Positions 37,542-48,564 of a stretch of DNA of 64,000 bases are shown here, one piece after another (position 1 is the first letter of the stretch; every line of letters starts with the position of its first letter). Made by a program: the position numbers and the translations under genes. This stretch comes from Chiloscyllium plagiosum (taxonomy: Eukaryota). The notes under the pieces are model-generated. The model saw only the letters and a list, made by a program, of their open reading frames with translations. It had not been told where the DNA came from and did not search any database. Where the stretch lies: NCBI RefSeq assembly GCF_004010195.1, contig NC_057718.1, positions 38,373,834-38,437,833 of the forward strand, given 5' to 3'.

Positions 37542-39374
37542 ACAAATCAGTAATAATCTCATTAAATGGTGGAAAAGACTTGAGAAACTAAATGTTTATT
37601 CATGTTCCTGTATTCCAGTATGATATGGCTCCTTATACAGCTTGCTGATATGTTTTAATGCATGCCTGGAAATACTCTCAACCCAAGAATTAATAAAAAT
37701 GTATCAGTGGCTAGGCCAGCATTTGTTACCCTATCCTAGTTGCCCTTGAAAAGGCGTGATGAACTGTTGTCTTGAACTGTGCAGTTTATGCGCTATAGAT
37801 AAACCCACAATGCCATTAGGAAAAGATTTGCAGGAGTTTGACCCAGTGACACTGAAGGCACAGCAATATTTTCCAAGTCAGGATGGTGTGTGGCTTAGAA
37901 GGGAGCATGCATGCAGGTGGTGGTGTTACAATGTATCTACTGCCCTTGAAGATCCATTCATAACATGTAATTCTAAACTACAATCAGAGAAGGAACATCC
38001 ACGGCAGAGATGTTCCTTATGTCCATGGTCATATTCCTTATCTTGGGTGGGAAACTGCCTTCATTATCAACAGCAATTGCTTTAATTGCAGAATCCAACC
38101 CATCATGTCTTTTATCCTATCGTGCTCATTAGATATTCTCGTTTACTCGTCAGCCTGCTTGAGTTGACTCTCATTCATATTTTTAATCATTCTTGTAGGC
38201 GAAAGAAAATGGACAAATTCAGTCATGTTTAGTGAATGGTAAATGACAATTGTGATTAATAGGCCCCAATAATTGCATCTCAACCTTCTCTCCCTTCCTT
38301 TATGGCAGTTTTACTCTGCTCTTCAAAGATAGTCAGTTCAGTCAACTTGCATGCTCAATTATCTCACGCACAAATTAGTTAGTTATAGTTAAAACAACAA
38401 CCAGTACATTTAGTTCAGTCAGTGAGACATTTGCTATGTTTTAAAATATTTCTAAATGTATTTAGCCAATCTGTTCTCACATTCCATCATCGAACTACAG
38501 TGCCTAACTTTGAATGCTAACACATCTCACATTTTCCATTCATATCCTACCAAGCGTTTCATAAGAATTACACTTAATTATTAATAAAAATGTGCTGTGA
38601 TTTCTGGCATAAACAGCTGGACAGGACATTCTAATAACAATCCAAATGTGAAATTTCTTGGTAGTTGATATGTGCAAAGGTAAACTTGCTGTCTGTTATA
38701 ATGAGTTAAGATTATCTGCAGTTTGAGGTTCTAGCTGTGACAGCCTCGCCTTTTCAATATCAAGGAGACAATGTTTCATTTTCTGCAGATGTAATCTTTA
38801 ATTTTTTATGCAACCCTTTTTCATTTTATAATGTCACATACCCACAGCTGACAAAAGAACAGGCAGCCTTACTTCTAAGCATTTTTAACTGTCAGTTTTA
38901 GCAGGCAGGACAAAAAAAATCAATTTCTTCCCATTTAGGATAACTGCAAGTATGTGGTTGATTGACTTCTACCCATCACATAATGTTATGACTGGAAATT
39001 TAGTAAAGGTGTCCTTCTGTGATGTTACTTTACTATACTATGAGATTCACGCTCCAAAGTGCTGCTTCCAAATGCATGTTGTTCACCAGTCAGTTTCCTT
39101 ACTTTTTGTCAACAGGTCTAATAATCAGAATTTGTTGTCTTTTGTTAATTAATTTTTATAGTTTTTCTTAGAGGAGCAGATCATACTGTTGATTAGTGAG
39201 GTGCCCTCAACTCCTTTTAAAAATTCTTCTTTTGGGGAAAAGTACTTTACTGGTGCCTAATACTTTATGTAAAACATAATTGAATTGAATGTATCACATG
39301 AGGGTGGTTTAGAAATCTTGCTTGCTGTAAGATTGAAGAATTTCAGCTTATTTTTAATGCTTTTTTTTTGCTAG

Positions 39375-39464
39375 ATCAAACATTTAACTGGAAGCTCTGC
39401 CAATGTGTACTTGGAATATATCCAGCGCAATCTTCCAGAAGGTGTTGCAATGGAGGTGACCAAG
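39375..39464 (+). CDS. MRPS10: MRPS10 exon 6
   Basis: Poly-T tract with ctAG acceptor; AAG|GTCAGT donor. Translates [30 protein letters not shown], highly conserved in MRPS10. Confidence 0.96.
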
Positions 39465-39545
39465 GTCAGTCTTACATTGGTACTCATACAATTATGTTTT
39501 CTGTCATGTAAATCTTAAATTAAAGAAATTTCTTTTCCTTTTCAG

Positions 39546-39632
39546 ACTTTGATAGAAAAGCTACCAGAACATATTAAGGAACCTATTTGGAGAATTGATT
39601 CTTCTGAAAATGAAGGCAAGCCAGATAGTTAA
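39546..39632 (+). CDS. MRPS10: MRPS10 last coding exon
   Basis: Follows an 81-nt intron. Translates TLIEKLPEHIKEPIWRIDSSENEGKPDS* (TAA at 39630-39632). AATAAA at 39750-39755. Confidence 0.95.
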   Translation, partial: TLIEKLPEHIKEPIWRIDSSENEGKPDS

Positions 39633-42600
39633 AGTCCATGAACATTCTCCTATAACTGTTCATTGTATCTATTTTAAAACATCTTACTAAATGAACTCTT
39701 GTCAAAGTTTTTCACTTTTGTGTTGGAATATCTGGTCTGTGTATCCTAAAATAAATTTTTTTTAAAAACTTTGCATTTCCCTAGACTTATAGGCAGCACC
39801 TGTTAGAGCTCCGAAAGCACAACAACTTGGTAATATATTGGAAAGTAATGAAATGTTTAGGCATTTGTCCAAGTAACCTGAATTAGAAATGACTAAAAAT
39901 CAATAATTAGTTGTTTGCAACTAACGTTACCTAGACAATAGTTCAGAGGATGACTAGAGATTAATGTGGTGACGGGGGAAGGGAGGAATTAACTTGCTGG
40001 CTGCACTGTGTGGCACAGGTTGGTGCTATGCAAGTATAACTACAAGAATTTCTGTCTCATCTCCAATGTATTATTTATAATAATTAGGGTTTCATTGTTA
40101 ATCACTTGGTATACTGACTTTGTTTTGGTCTGTAACTTCAGTGTACTTGTGGAAATTGCCCTTTTGACATAACTGATAATTGGAGGAACTAACTCATATT
40201 TAGCCACCATGGCTGATGTTAAATGCAACCTATGTGGAGACATGAGACAATATGTTTTCAGAGGCAAAGCAATAACTTGAAGTATACATTAAACAAGATG
40301 CTGGGTTGGTGTGGATTAGCAGGGACAGCTAAAGGCTCAAATATATAATTCCTTGAAGATGCATATAAAACAGGATAAAGCCCCAAATAGTCGATAGTAT
40401 CTTCAATATTATAAATAGGAGCACAGTATCTAAACAGGAATTGATAAATTTGTGTAAGACAATGGCTAAGCCAAAGCTTCAGGATTCTATGTAAATTTGG
40501 ATACACATAGAAAGAACATAATCAAATAACTGGTATCAACTGGGTGAATTTCTGTTTTGACCAGCTAGTCATATTACAGTATGTGCGTGACTATTGCCAT
40601 CAAAAGGCAAGACAAGTAAGGACTGATGCAATGTATTGAAAAACGCAATAAAAAATTGATTAGGAAGGAGTCAATTTGGAAGTGATTAAGATTTTTTTTT
40701 AAAAAATGGAGTATGGTTGGCTGCCTTTGCTATAGTAAATGGTTGAGGTAGAGGTCTTTATACTTTAAGTGAAAAACTGGATAATGTTTGAAGTAGGAGA
40801 TAACAGCAAGACAATACAAATGTTCTTTAAATCGCTCTTAATAAAGAGCCAACAGATATGTACTCTAAATGGCTTCTGTGTTGTAAATCTTAAAATGTAT
40901 CGCTGCTATGCCTGCAGTAGTATTTATTTTGCCAGTTGTCTTTTTTCATTCATTCTCAGGAAATGGTTATGATGTCAAGGCCAGCATTTTTTTTCATACG
41001 ATCTAATTGCCCTAAAAGATTGCAATAGCTTGAGAAGGCTTACTATCAGTCAGTTTGACAAACTAGGCTCTGACAGAAGGCAGCTGAAAAACAATGAGTT
41101 TGGTGCGTGGTTGGAGACACGTGGTTGGTGCGTGGTTGGCCTTTTTGAAAAGTTTAGCCATCAGATTAGCTTTTTATTAAAATAATGAGGCTTTATGTTC
41201 ACTCTTTACTGGTGGCTTTGTCTTCTTTGACATTTCTAGATTTTGATTTAACTGAATTGAACTGAAATAGATTTCGGGAGATGTGAGGGAGTTCTGAAGA
41301 AAGGTCACTGGACCAAAAACCATTAACACTGCTTTCTCTCCACCTATGCTGCCAGACTTGTGTTTTCTCAAAAATTTCTGTTTTTGTTTGTGACAAGGAA
41401 CTTGTTTTTACACAGCAGAGTAGTATTGACCTACAAATCACTGCTTTTGTTAGTAGTGGAAGGAGAGGCAATTAATAATTCCAAATGGAAATTAGATTGT
41501 CACCTGAAGGAAATCATCTCCATATCAGGGCTATGGAGATAAAGCAGGGGAATTTGACTTAAGGATTACTATACAGACAAGTGGCATGGACTAAATGGCA
41601 TCCTTTAGTAAGATTATGATTCCCAATTCAGATTTCTCTCATGGCTACAATTTCTAGATTATTGTTTTGGCTCAAGGGTGCCAGTCCAACAACATACCCA
41701 TATGTAAATATCAAATTTCTCTTTTCCCTTTTCTAATGAATTTCATATTTTTGAATTAGAGTTGGAATGTAACTAATTTCAAAAATATAGACAGTTGATT
41801 TTCTAAACAGATTTTAATGCACATTTATATTAGCTGGGTGATAAACTGCCTGAGAAATACAATATGCTGCTATCTGAACTTTTCCACAATTTCCGATCTG
41901 GAATTAAATTTCAGGAAACAGCTTACAAAGATCATTATGCATCATGTTTCTCTTTATTTATATATAAAAAGTTTCTGCACTTATGTACTACTTTTAACAT
42001 TGCAAAACTAGTTAATCGGACTAATGAAGTTAAAAGTAAATGTGAAATAATTGCTTTATGAATAAGGCCATTATTATTTAAGGAAAAAAAATCAGCTAGC
42101 AGCTTAAATTAGAAGAGTCTGCATATTTTAAATTGAGAATTATTTACTTCAGATGGCAGATGTTCATATCTTATTTCTACATCTTGAACATGTGCAATAA
42201 ATTTTAAGAGTACCTTTGAAATGGAAGTTGTGTGCACATAAATGGATATTTAACTAGATCCCTCAGTATTTCAATAATTTATGAAAATGTTTTTAAAATT
42301 TAGACAACAGTTTTGGTTAAAAACAGTACATTAAACTCCCTCCTTTCTTTGCTCAAAGTTGGTGATTAAATAAAATCAAAAAGAAATTCTCACATTTTGC
42401 TGAGATGATTTCTGATGGAGTGGGATGTATTTTATTATCTAAAAGAGAAGCTAATCTGTGTATTTAAGTGAGACAGAAGATGCCAGATTTCTGTATTTTG
42501 AATCCATAAAAGTAAATCCTTAAATTTTAAGATTTAAAGATTTGAAACTTTTGAAAATATTTCATGGGCTTCTATTTTTCCATTTGTGTTTGTAATTAAA

Positions 42601-42879
42601 GGAAGTTTTAAAAGATAGAAGAACATTACCAAAGTTTGAGCTAGTACTTGTATTACAAACAAACTTAAAACATTTCTAAGCCAGTTGTAGGCTAGCTGAG
42701 AATCTCATAGCTGAAAAGAAACAGTGAAGTTTCTTTTGCAACCTTAATTTAAATTCATATAATCCTACTCTACAATATGTCAAGTATTGAAAGCAGTACA
42801 TTTTTACTGTGTTCAAAACTCTTGTTCACATTTAGTTTATATATTTAGATTCTCAGCATTCTTTCCGGTTTATTTGATT

Positions 42880-43600
42880 TCTTTGATTGGGCAAAAACTT
42901 GGCAGATAGGAAAATGTGAGGTTATGCACTTTGGTAGGAAGAACAAAGGAGGGTAATATTATTTAAATGCAGAAAGACTGCTGAAGTTTATGAAAGAAGG
43001 ATTCGCAAGCCCTCATGCGTGAATCACAAAACACCGAGCATCCAAGTTCAATGGGTAACACGGAAAGCAAAATGGAATGTTGGCCTTTGTTTCAGAGGGA
43101 GTGGAGTATAAAAGTAGAAAACAGTTGCCAAAATTGAGGCACTAGTCAGACCAGTATGAAAGTTAAATAAGGGGGGCAAAAAAGGAAAGACATACTGGCA
43201 TTGGAGGTAGTCCAGAGAAGGTTCACTAGGTTGGTATAAGATTTGGAACAACTGTCTTATTACAAGAGGTTGAGTAGGTTGGCCTTGTATTCAATAGAAT
43301 TTAGATGAATGAGAGGTGACCTTATTGAAACATACTTGATTCTTAAGGGACTTGACAGGGTCAATGCAGAAAGTTTGTTTCCCCATGAGTAAGGACCAGA
43401 GGACATAATTTCAGAGAAAGGGGTCACACATTTAAGACAACGATGAAGAGGAATTTACTCAGTAGTGAATCTGTGAAACTCTTATCACATACGACTGCCA
43501 AGACTGAGACAGATAGATTAGTTAAGGAAATTGGGTTATGGAGGAGAAGAGGCAGAAAAATGGAATAGAGAGTTATCAGATTAGCTACGATCGCAGCCAT
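42880..43600 (+). mobile_element. Degenerate CR1 3' fragment
   Basis: Remnants KCEVMHFGRKN, ALEVVQRRFTRL and MRGDLIETY. Confidence 0.75.
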
Positions 43601-43889
43601 GAACACCTTCCACTCCAATGAAGTATGGTTTTATGGACCTATTGTACACTAAATTGATATTCATTAATGTTTTCACTATATACCATTGTATGTTATTTCT
43701 CAAATAAATCTAATAGGAAATGTTTCCAGTGTACTAGTTGCTCAAGTATTGTAGTACACATTCAATTATTCCCTTATACCCATAAATGTGTAGTATTCTT
43801 CTGACCTTCTCAAAAGAGATGGGTACAGGCACTGTCACCCCTGTAGGACAAAATTTCAAGTGTTGAATAGCAAGCATTCATAAAGTTCA

Positions 43890-44747
43890 AAGTTTGTGCG
43901 AAGATTTGTAGCTCGGGTGCTCGTTGTTGTGGTTCTGTTCGCCGAGCTGGAAGATTTTGTTGCAAACGTTTCGTCCCCTGGCTAGGCGACATCATCAGTG
44001 CTTGGGAGCCTCCTGCGAAGCGCTTCTTTGATGTTTCCTCCGGTGTTTATAGTGGTCTGTCCCTGCCGCTTCCGGTTGTCAGTTTCAGCTGTCCGCTGTA
44101 GTGGTTGGTATATTGGGTCCAGGTCGATGTGTTTGTTGATGGAGTTTGTGGATGAATGCCATGCCTCTAGGAATTCCCTGGCTGTTCTCTGTCTGGCTTG
44201 CCCTATGATAGTAGTGTTGCCCCAGTCAAATTTGTGTTCCGTGTTGTCTGCGTGTGTGGCTCCTAAGGATAGCTGGTCGTGTCGTTTCGTGGCTAGTTGA
44301 TGTTCATGTATGCGGGTTGTTAGCTGTCTTCCTGTTTGTCCTATATAGTGTTTTGTGCAGTCCGCATACATGAACATCAACTAGCCACGAAACGACACGA
44401 GCAGCTATCCTTAGTAGCCACACACGCAGACAACAAGCAACATGAATTCAACTGGGACAGCACTACTACATTAGGGCAAGCCAGACAGAGAACAGCCAGG
44501 GAATTCCTAGAAGCATGGCATTCATCCACAAACTCCATCAACAAACACATCGACCTGGACCCAATATACCAACCACAGCGGACAGCTGAAACTGACAACC
44601 GGAAGCAGCAGGGACAGACCACAATAAACACCGGAGGAAACATCAAAGAAGCGCTTTGCAGGAGGCTCCCAAGCACTGATGATGTCGCCTAGCCAGGGGA
44701 TGAAACGTTTGCAACAAAATCTTCCAGCTCGGCGAACAGAACCACAA
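43890..44747 (-). mobile_element. Young fold-back Penelope-like (Poseidon-type) element with GIY-YIG C-terminus on both strands
   Basis: ORFs HYIGQTGRQLTTRIHEHQLA...AREFLEAWHS...INKHIDLDPIY on both strands. Perfect 15-bp TSD CATTCATAAAGTTCA at 43875-43889 and 44748-44762. Confidence 0.93.
43965..43998 (-). ncRNA. Minimal hammerhead ribozyme motif (Poseidon-type); mirror copy at 44676-44709 (+)
   Basis: gca-CUGAUGA-U-GUCGCCU-AGCC-AGGGGAC-GAAAC-GUU-ugc: intact core, stem II, 3-bp stem I (gca/ugc) and palindromic ACGU stem III. Confidence 0.72.
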
Positions 44748-45260
44748 CATTCATAAAGTTCATGTGTCTCATCTTTATTTACGGTATGCACTATTGGAAA
44801 ACTGTCAGAATTGATCTTTCTGGGGTTACTAATATTGTTGGCGCAACTTGTATCTGTACTAATGTGGAACCTTTCTAACCCTCCACAACTAAGTGTTTTG
44901 CCATGTGGTTTATCTTTGGATGGGGTGAAAGTTGAAGACAGTGCAGTAAAAACCTATTTTACTTCTGATTATATGCAAGGAAGTATGATAATGAGCTGTA
45001 AGCAGTGTGGTAAACAGAAGACCACTTTATCTTTGTCTTGTAAGTCCAAGCAATATCTTCACAGATCCTGTGTTCCTGCCAAATTCTCACCATCGAAAAT
45101 ACTATCAGATCAGAGACATGACTACTTCATTTAGAACCATCATAAACATTTGCTCATTCAAAAAAAAAATAACTTCACTTTTATTTATAAAAACTTGTTT
45201 GTAATAGCCAGGGGTACCCATATCAATACAAAGACTGATGCAAGGAAATGTTACTATCTG

Positions 45261-45471
45261 AAAAATGTGTTGCTAGAAAAGCGCAGCAGGTCAGGCAGCA
45301 TGTAAGGAGCAGGAGAATCGACGTTTCGGGCATAAGCCTTCTTCAGGAATCTGAAGCTTATGCCCGCAACATCGATTCTTCTGCTCCTTGGATGCTGCCT
45401 GACCTGCTGTGCTTTTCCAGCAACACATTTTTCAGCTCTGATCTCCAGCATCTGCAGTCCTCACTTTCTCC
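45261..45471. mobile_element. Miniature palindromic PLE-derived element
   Basis: Inverted arms. Perfect 14-bp repeat AATGTTACTATCTG at 45247-45260 and 45472-45485. Hammerhead core on the minus strand at 45320-45346. Confidence 0.9.
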
Positions 45472-45744
45472 AATGTTACTATCTGGCTCCCTTTCACAAC
45501 TTAAAACAGTGCAATTCTTCACAGATCTGTGAAGAAACAAGTTATTTATTCCTTTTAAAAAAAAGGAATTTACACCATCTCTTCAATAAATGTCAGATAA
45601 TATACTTATTCCAACCAAATACACACAAAGCAACTTAGTAAACACATGTCGGATTTAAAAAACGTTCTAAACGTACCTGTAACTTTTCAGTCTTTTATCC
45701 AAAAGTTGTTTACCAATTGAAAAAGACCAGCTTTCTTTGCCTTC

Positions 45745-46350
45745 AGCAGACTTCACCCAGTTGATGACAACTGCGGACAGAGGGTGGTGATATGAAACCT
45801 CCACCCATTTCGCAAAGACCCCACCCAACCTGTTAAAGGCCATATTAAAAAAAGTGATATGGCCATTCCACACAGTCAAGTGTTTTCTCTGCATCTAAGG
45901 AAATCACCAACCCCTGAATCTATCATTACGGACAAACTTGGACCTAATATTGGGGACCTACGACCCCTTAAAGCCTGTCTAGTCCTCTTCAACAATATGG
46001 GGCAACACCTTTTCCAATCTTAGTGCCAGGATCTTGGTCAGAATCTTGACATGTGAATTGAGTAGAGATGGACCTGTATGAGGCACAATCCTTAGGAACC
46101 TTCCCCTTCTTAAGAATTAAACTATTAGTTTCTCTCAAAAATGGTGGTAGGCATTCATGCATATAAGGAGTGACTGTACATCTCCAACATTGGCCCTGAC
46201 GGAATCCCTATAAACCACACCCAGGATACCTTCAGGGCCAGGTGCTTTCCCACTCTGAAGTTGCTTAGTTGCCTCCTATATTTCATGAAGTGGGGATGGC
46301 AAAAAAAAAAACCCCAGTATGCCTTGGCTGTTAGGCAGAACTGTCCACAG
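45745..46350 (-). mobile_element. L1-clade LINE reverse transcriptase remnant
   Basis: The minus strand gives SLDAEKTLDCVEWPY...GGVFAKWVEVSYHHPLSAVVIN (L1 consensus SLDAEKAFDRVEW). Confidence 0.7.
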
Positions 46351-48564
46351 CAGTTTTACAGAATCACCACCATCTTGCTGAGTCCCCAGTGAATTGTTTA
46401 ATTGTCCACCACCATTCACAACTGGATGTGGCAGGATTGCAGAGCTTAGATCTGATCTTTCGATTGTGGGATCGCTTCGGTTTGTCCATCAGTTGCTGCT
46501 TATGCTGTTTGGCATACATGTAGTCCTGTTTGATGGCTTCACCAGGTTGACACCTCATCTTCAGGTATGCCCAGTGCTGCTCTTGGCATGTATTGCTGCA
46601 CATTCAAAGGGACCAGGATTGATTGCCTGGTTTGATGATCATGGTTGAGTTGAGAATATGCCAGGTCATGCAGTTACAGATTGTTCTGCTGCTGTTGATG
46701 GCCCTCAATGCCTTATGGATGCCCAGTCTTGAGCTGCTAGATCTTTTCATAGTCTGTCCCATTTAGCGCAGTAATAGTGCCACACAACACAATGGACATT
46801 CTTCTCAATGTGAAGCAGGACTTAGTGTCCACAAGGACTGTGTGATGGTCACTCTTACTGATCCTGTCATGGACAAGTGCATCTGCCGCTGGCAGATTGA
46901 GAAGGATGATGTCAAGTACATTGTTCCTCGCCACCTGCCACAGACCCAGTCTAGGAGCAGTGTCCTTTCGGACCTGACCTGCTCACAGTAGTACTGCTGC
47001 TGAGCCACCATTAGTAGACATTGAAATCCCCCACCCGGGGGCATTTTGTGCCTTTGCTATCCTCAGTGCTTCCTCTAAAGTGTTGTTCAACATTGAGAAA
47101 TACCGATTCATCAGCTGATACAGGACAGTACATGGTAATCAGCAAGAGGTTTTGTTGCCCATGAGACTTCATGGGGTCTGAAGTTAATGTTGAGGAAGCC
47201 CAAAGCAACTCCCTCCCAACTGTACACCTCTGCTGTCACTTTTACTGGGTCTGTCCTACTAGAGTGACAGGACAGTTGGTAAGATATGATTCCATGAGTG
47301 GAACTGTCAGCCTACTACTTAGCTAGTCTGAGAGACAGTTCTCCCAATTTTGGCACTAACACCCAAAAGGAGAGAGATGGGCTTTGCAAGGTCAACAGGG
47401 CTGTTTCTGCTGTAGTCTTTTCTGGTGCCTAGGTCAGTGCTAGGTTATGCATCCAGTTTCACCTCAGACTTTATAGCAATTGGTACAACTGAATGGCTTG
47501 CTAGGCCATTTTAGAGGGCAATTGAGAGTCCACCACATTGCTGATTCAAATTACATATAGGCCTGACCAGGTGAGGATGGTAGATTTCCTTCCCTGAAGG
47601 CTATTAGTGAACCGTTGCATTTTTCCAACAAACAATAGTTTCATGGTGATCAGTAGATTCTTAATTTCAGATTTTTAAATAGAATTCAAATTCCACCATC
47701 TGCTGTGGCAGGATTTGAACTCAGGTCCCCAGAAGTTCGGAGTTTCTGGATTAAAAATAATACAGCCAATGCCTAACCTATGTACTATTGAATTTGCAGA
47801 TATAGTAAGTGACATTTTTTTTTTTAATGATTGTTTATCCTGTGGGCAGGCAACTATGTTCAAATTCTCTTGATTTATGCAATATCGTAGGTGCAACATA
47901 ATTTCAACTGAGACAGGCCTTTACCAAAAGCGACTGTGCTCAAAAGACTCTGGAATAAACATGCTGCAGAATCCAGACAGGCTGCAGCTATAGAAAAAAA
48001 AAGTGCAACTGACCCAGCTGCTGCTGACAATACAATGTACATTTGAATTAGAATTGAATAGAATTAAATCAGAAGCATCAAGTTGTTTATGAGACACAGG
48101 GGGCACCTCACACCCTGATTTGGAAAGGGCTGTCTGACCTACATGCACACATCTCCAGGAATGGAAGCTCAAGGACGACTCTGCCATCAACATGTCAACG
48201 TCTGGTTGGGTCTGATCGATCAGTCTGATGAGCCCTGAGTAATTTATTGGAAGATCCTCCCAAAAAGGGCGCAAAGACACCTAAGTGTAAGAATCGCTGC
48301 AACACCATCCTCAGAGCAGTAACTCAAGACCAACCACAGAAGACCAGATGATCATCGCCACTTGGATCAAGGCCAAGATCTAGTGTGATGGAAATGATCA
48401 GAGTTACGTTAAAGCACAAGATAATGGATTAAGATTTATAGTGTAAATTGTTAGTTTTTAGAGTATTTTATTATATTGTTAAATAATTAACTAGATTTTA
48501 GTCAACTTGCAGTTTCTTTGCTGGGTATAAGAGTGTTAGTGTGGTAGGCACAACATGCATTAAA

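Noticed and set aside
20429..37623. Long ORFs in the track containing runs of X
   Set aside because: Artefacts of translating through N gaps. Only 36943-37041 is real coding sequence.
41100..41140. Short tandem (tg)cgtggttgg repeats
   Set aside because: Three imperfect units only; ordinary slippage with no supporting context.
44748..44953. Open minus-strand frame of about 70 codons (VFTALSSTF...ETHELYEC) cut by the Poseidon insertion, and the overlapping 107-aa plus-strand ORF 44811-45134
   Set aside because: The acceptor is purine-rich and weak, there is no recognisable homology, and the restored frame stops six codons past the insertion site.
28723..45471. Interpretation of the short palindromes as DNA-transposon MITEs or CRISPR-like repeats
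   Set aside because: The arms match the 3' end of the GIY-YIG-encoding element at 22190-22327, the ends are asymmetric, TSDs are long and variable, and there is no regular repeat-spacer array.
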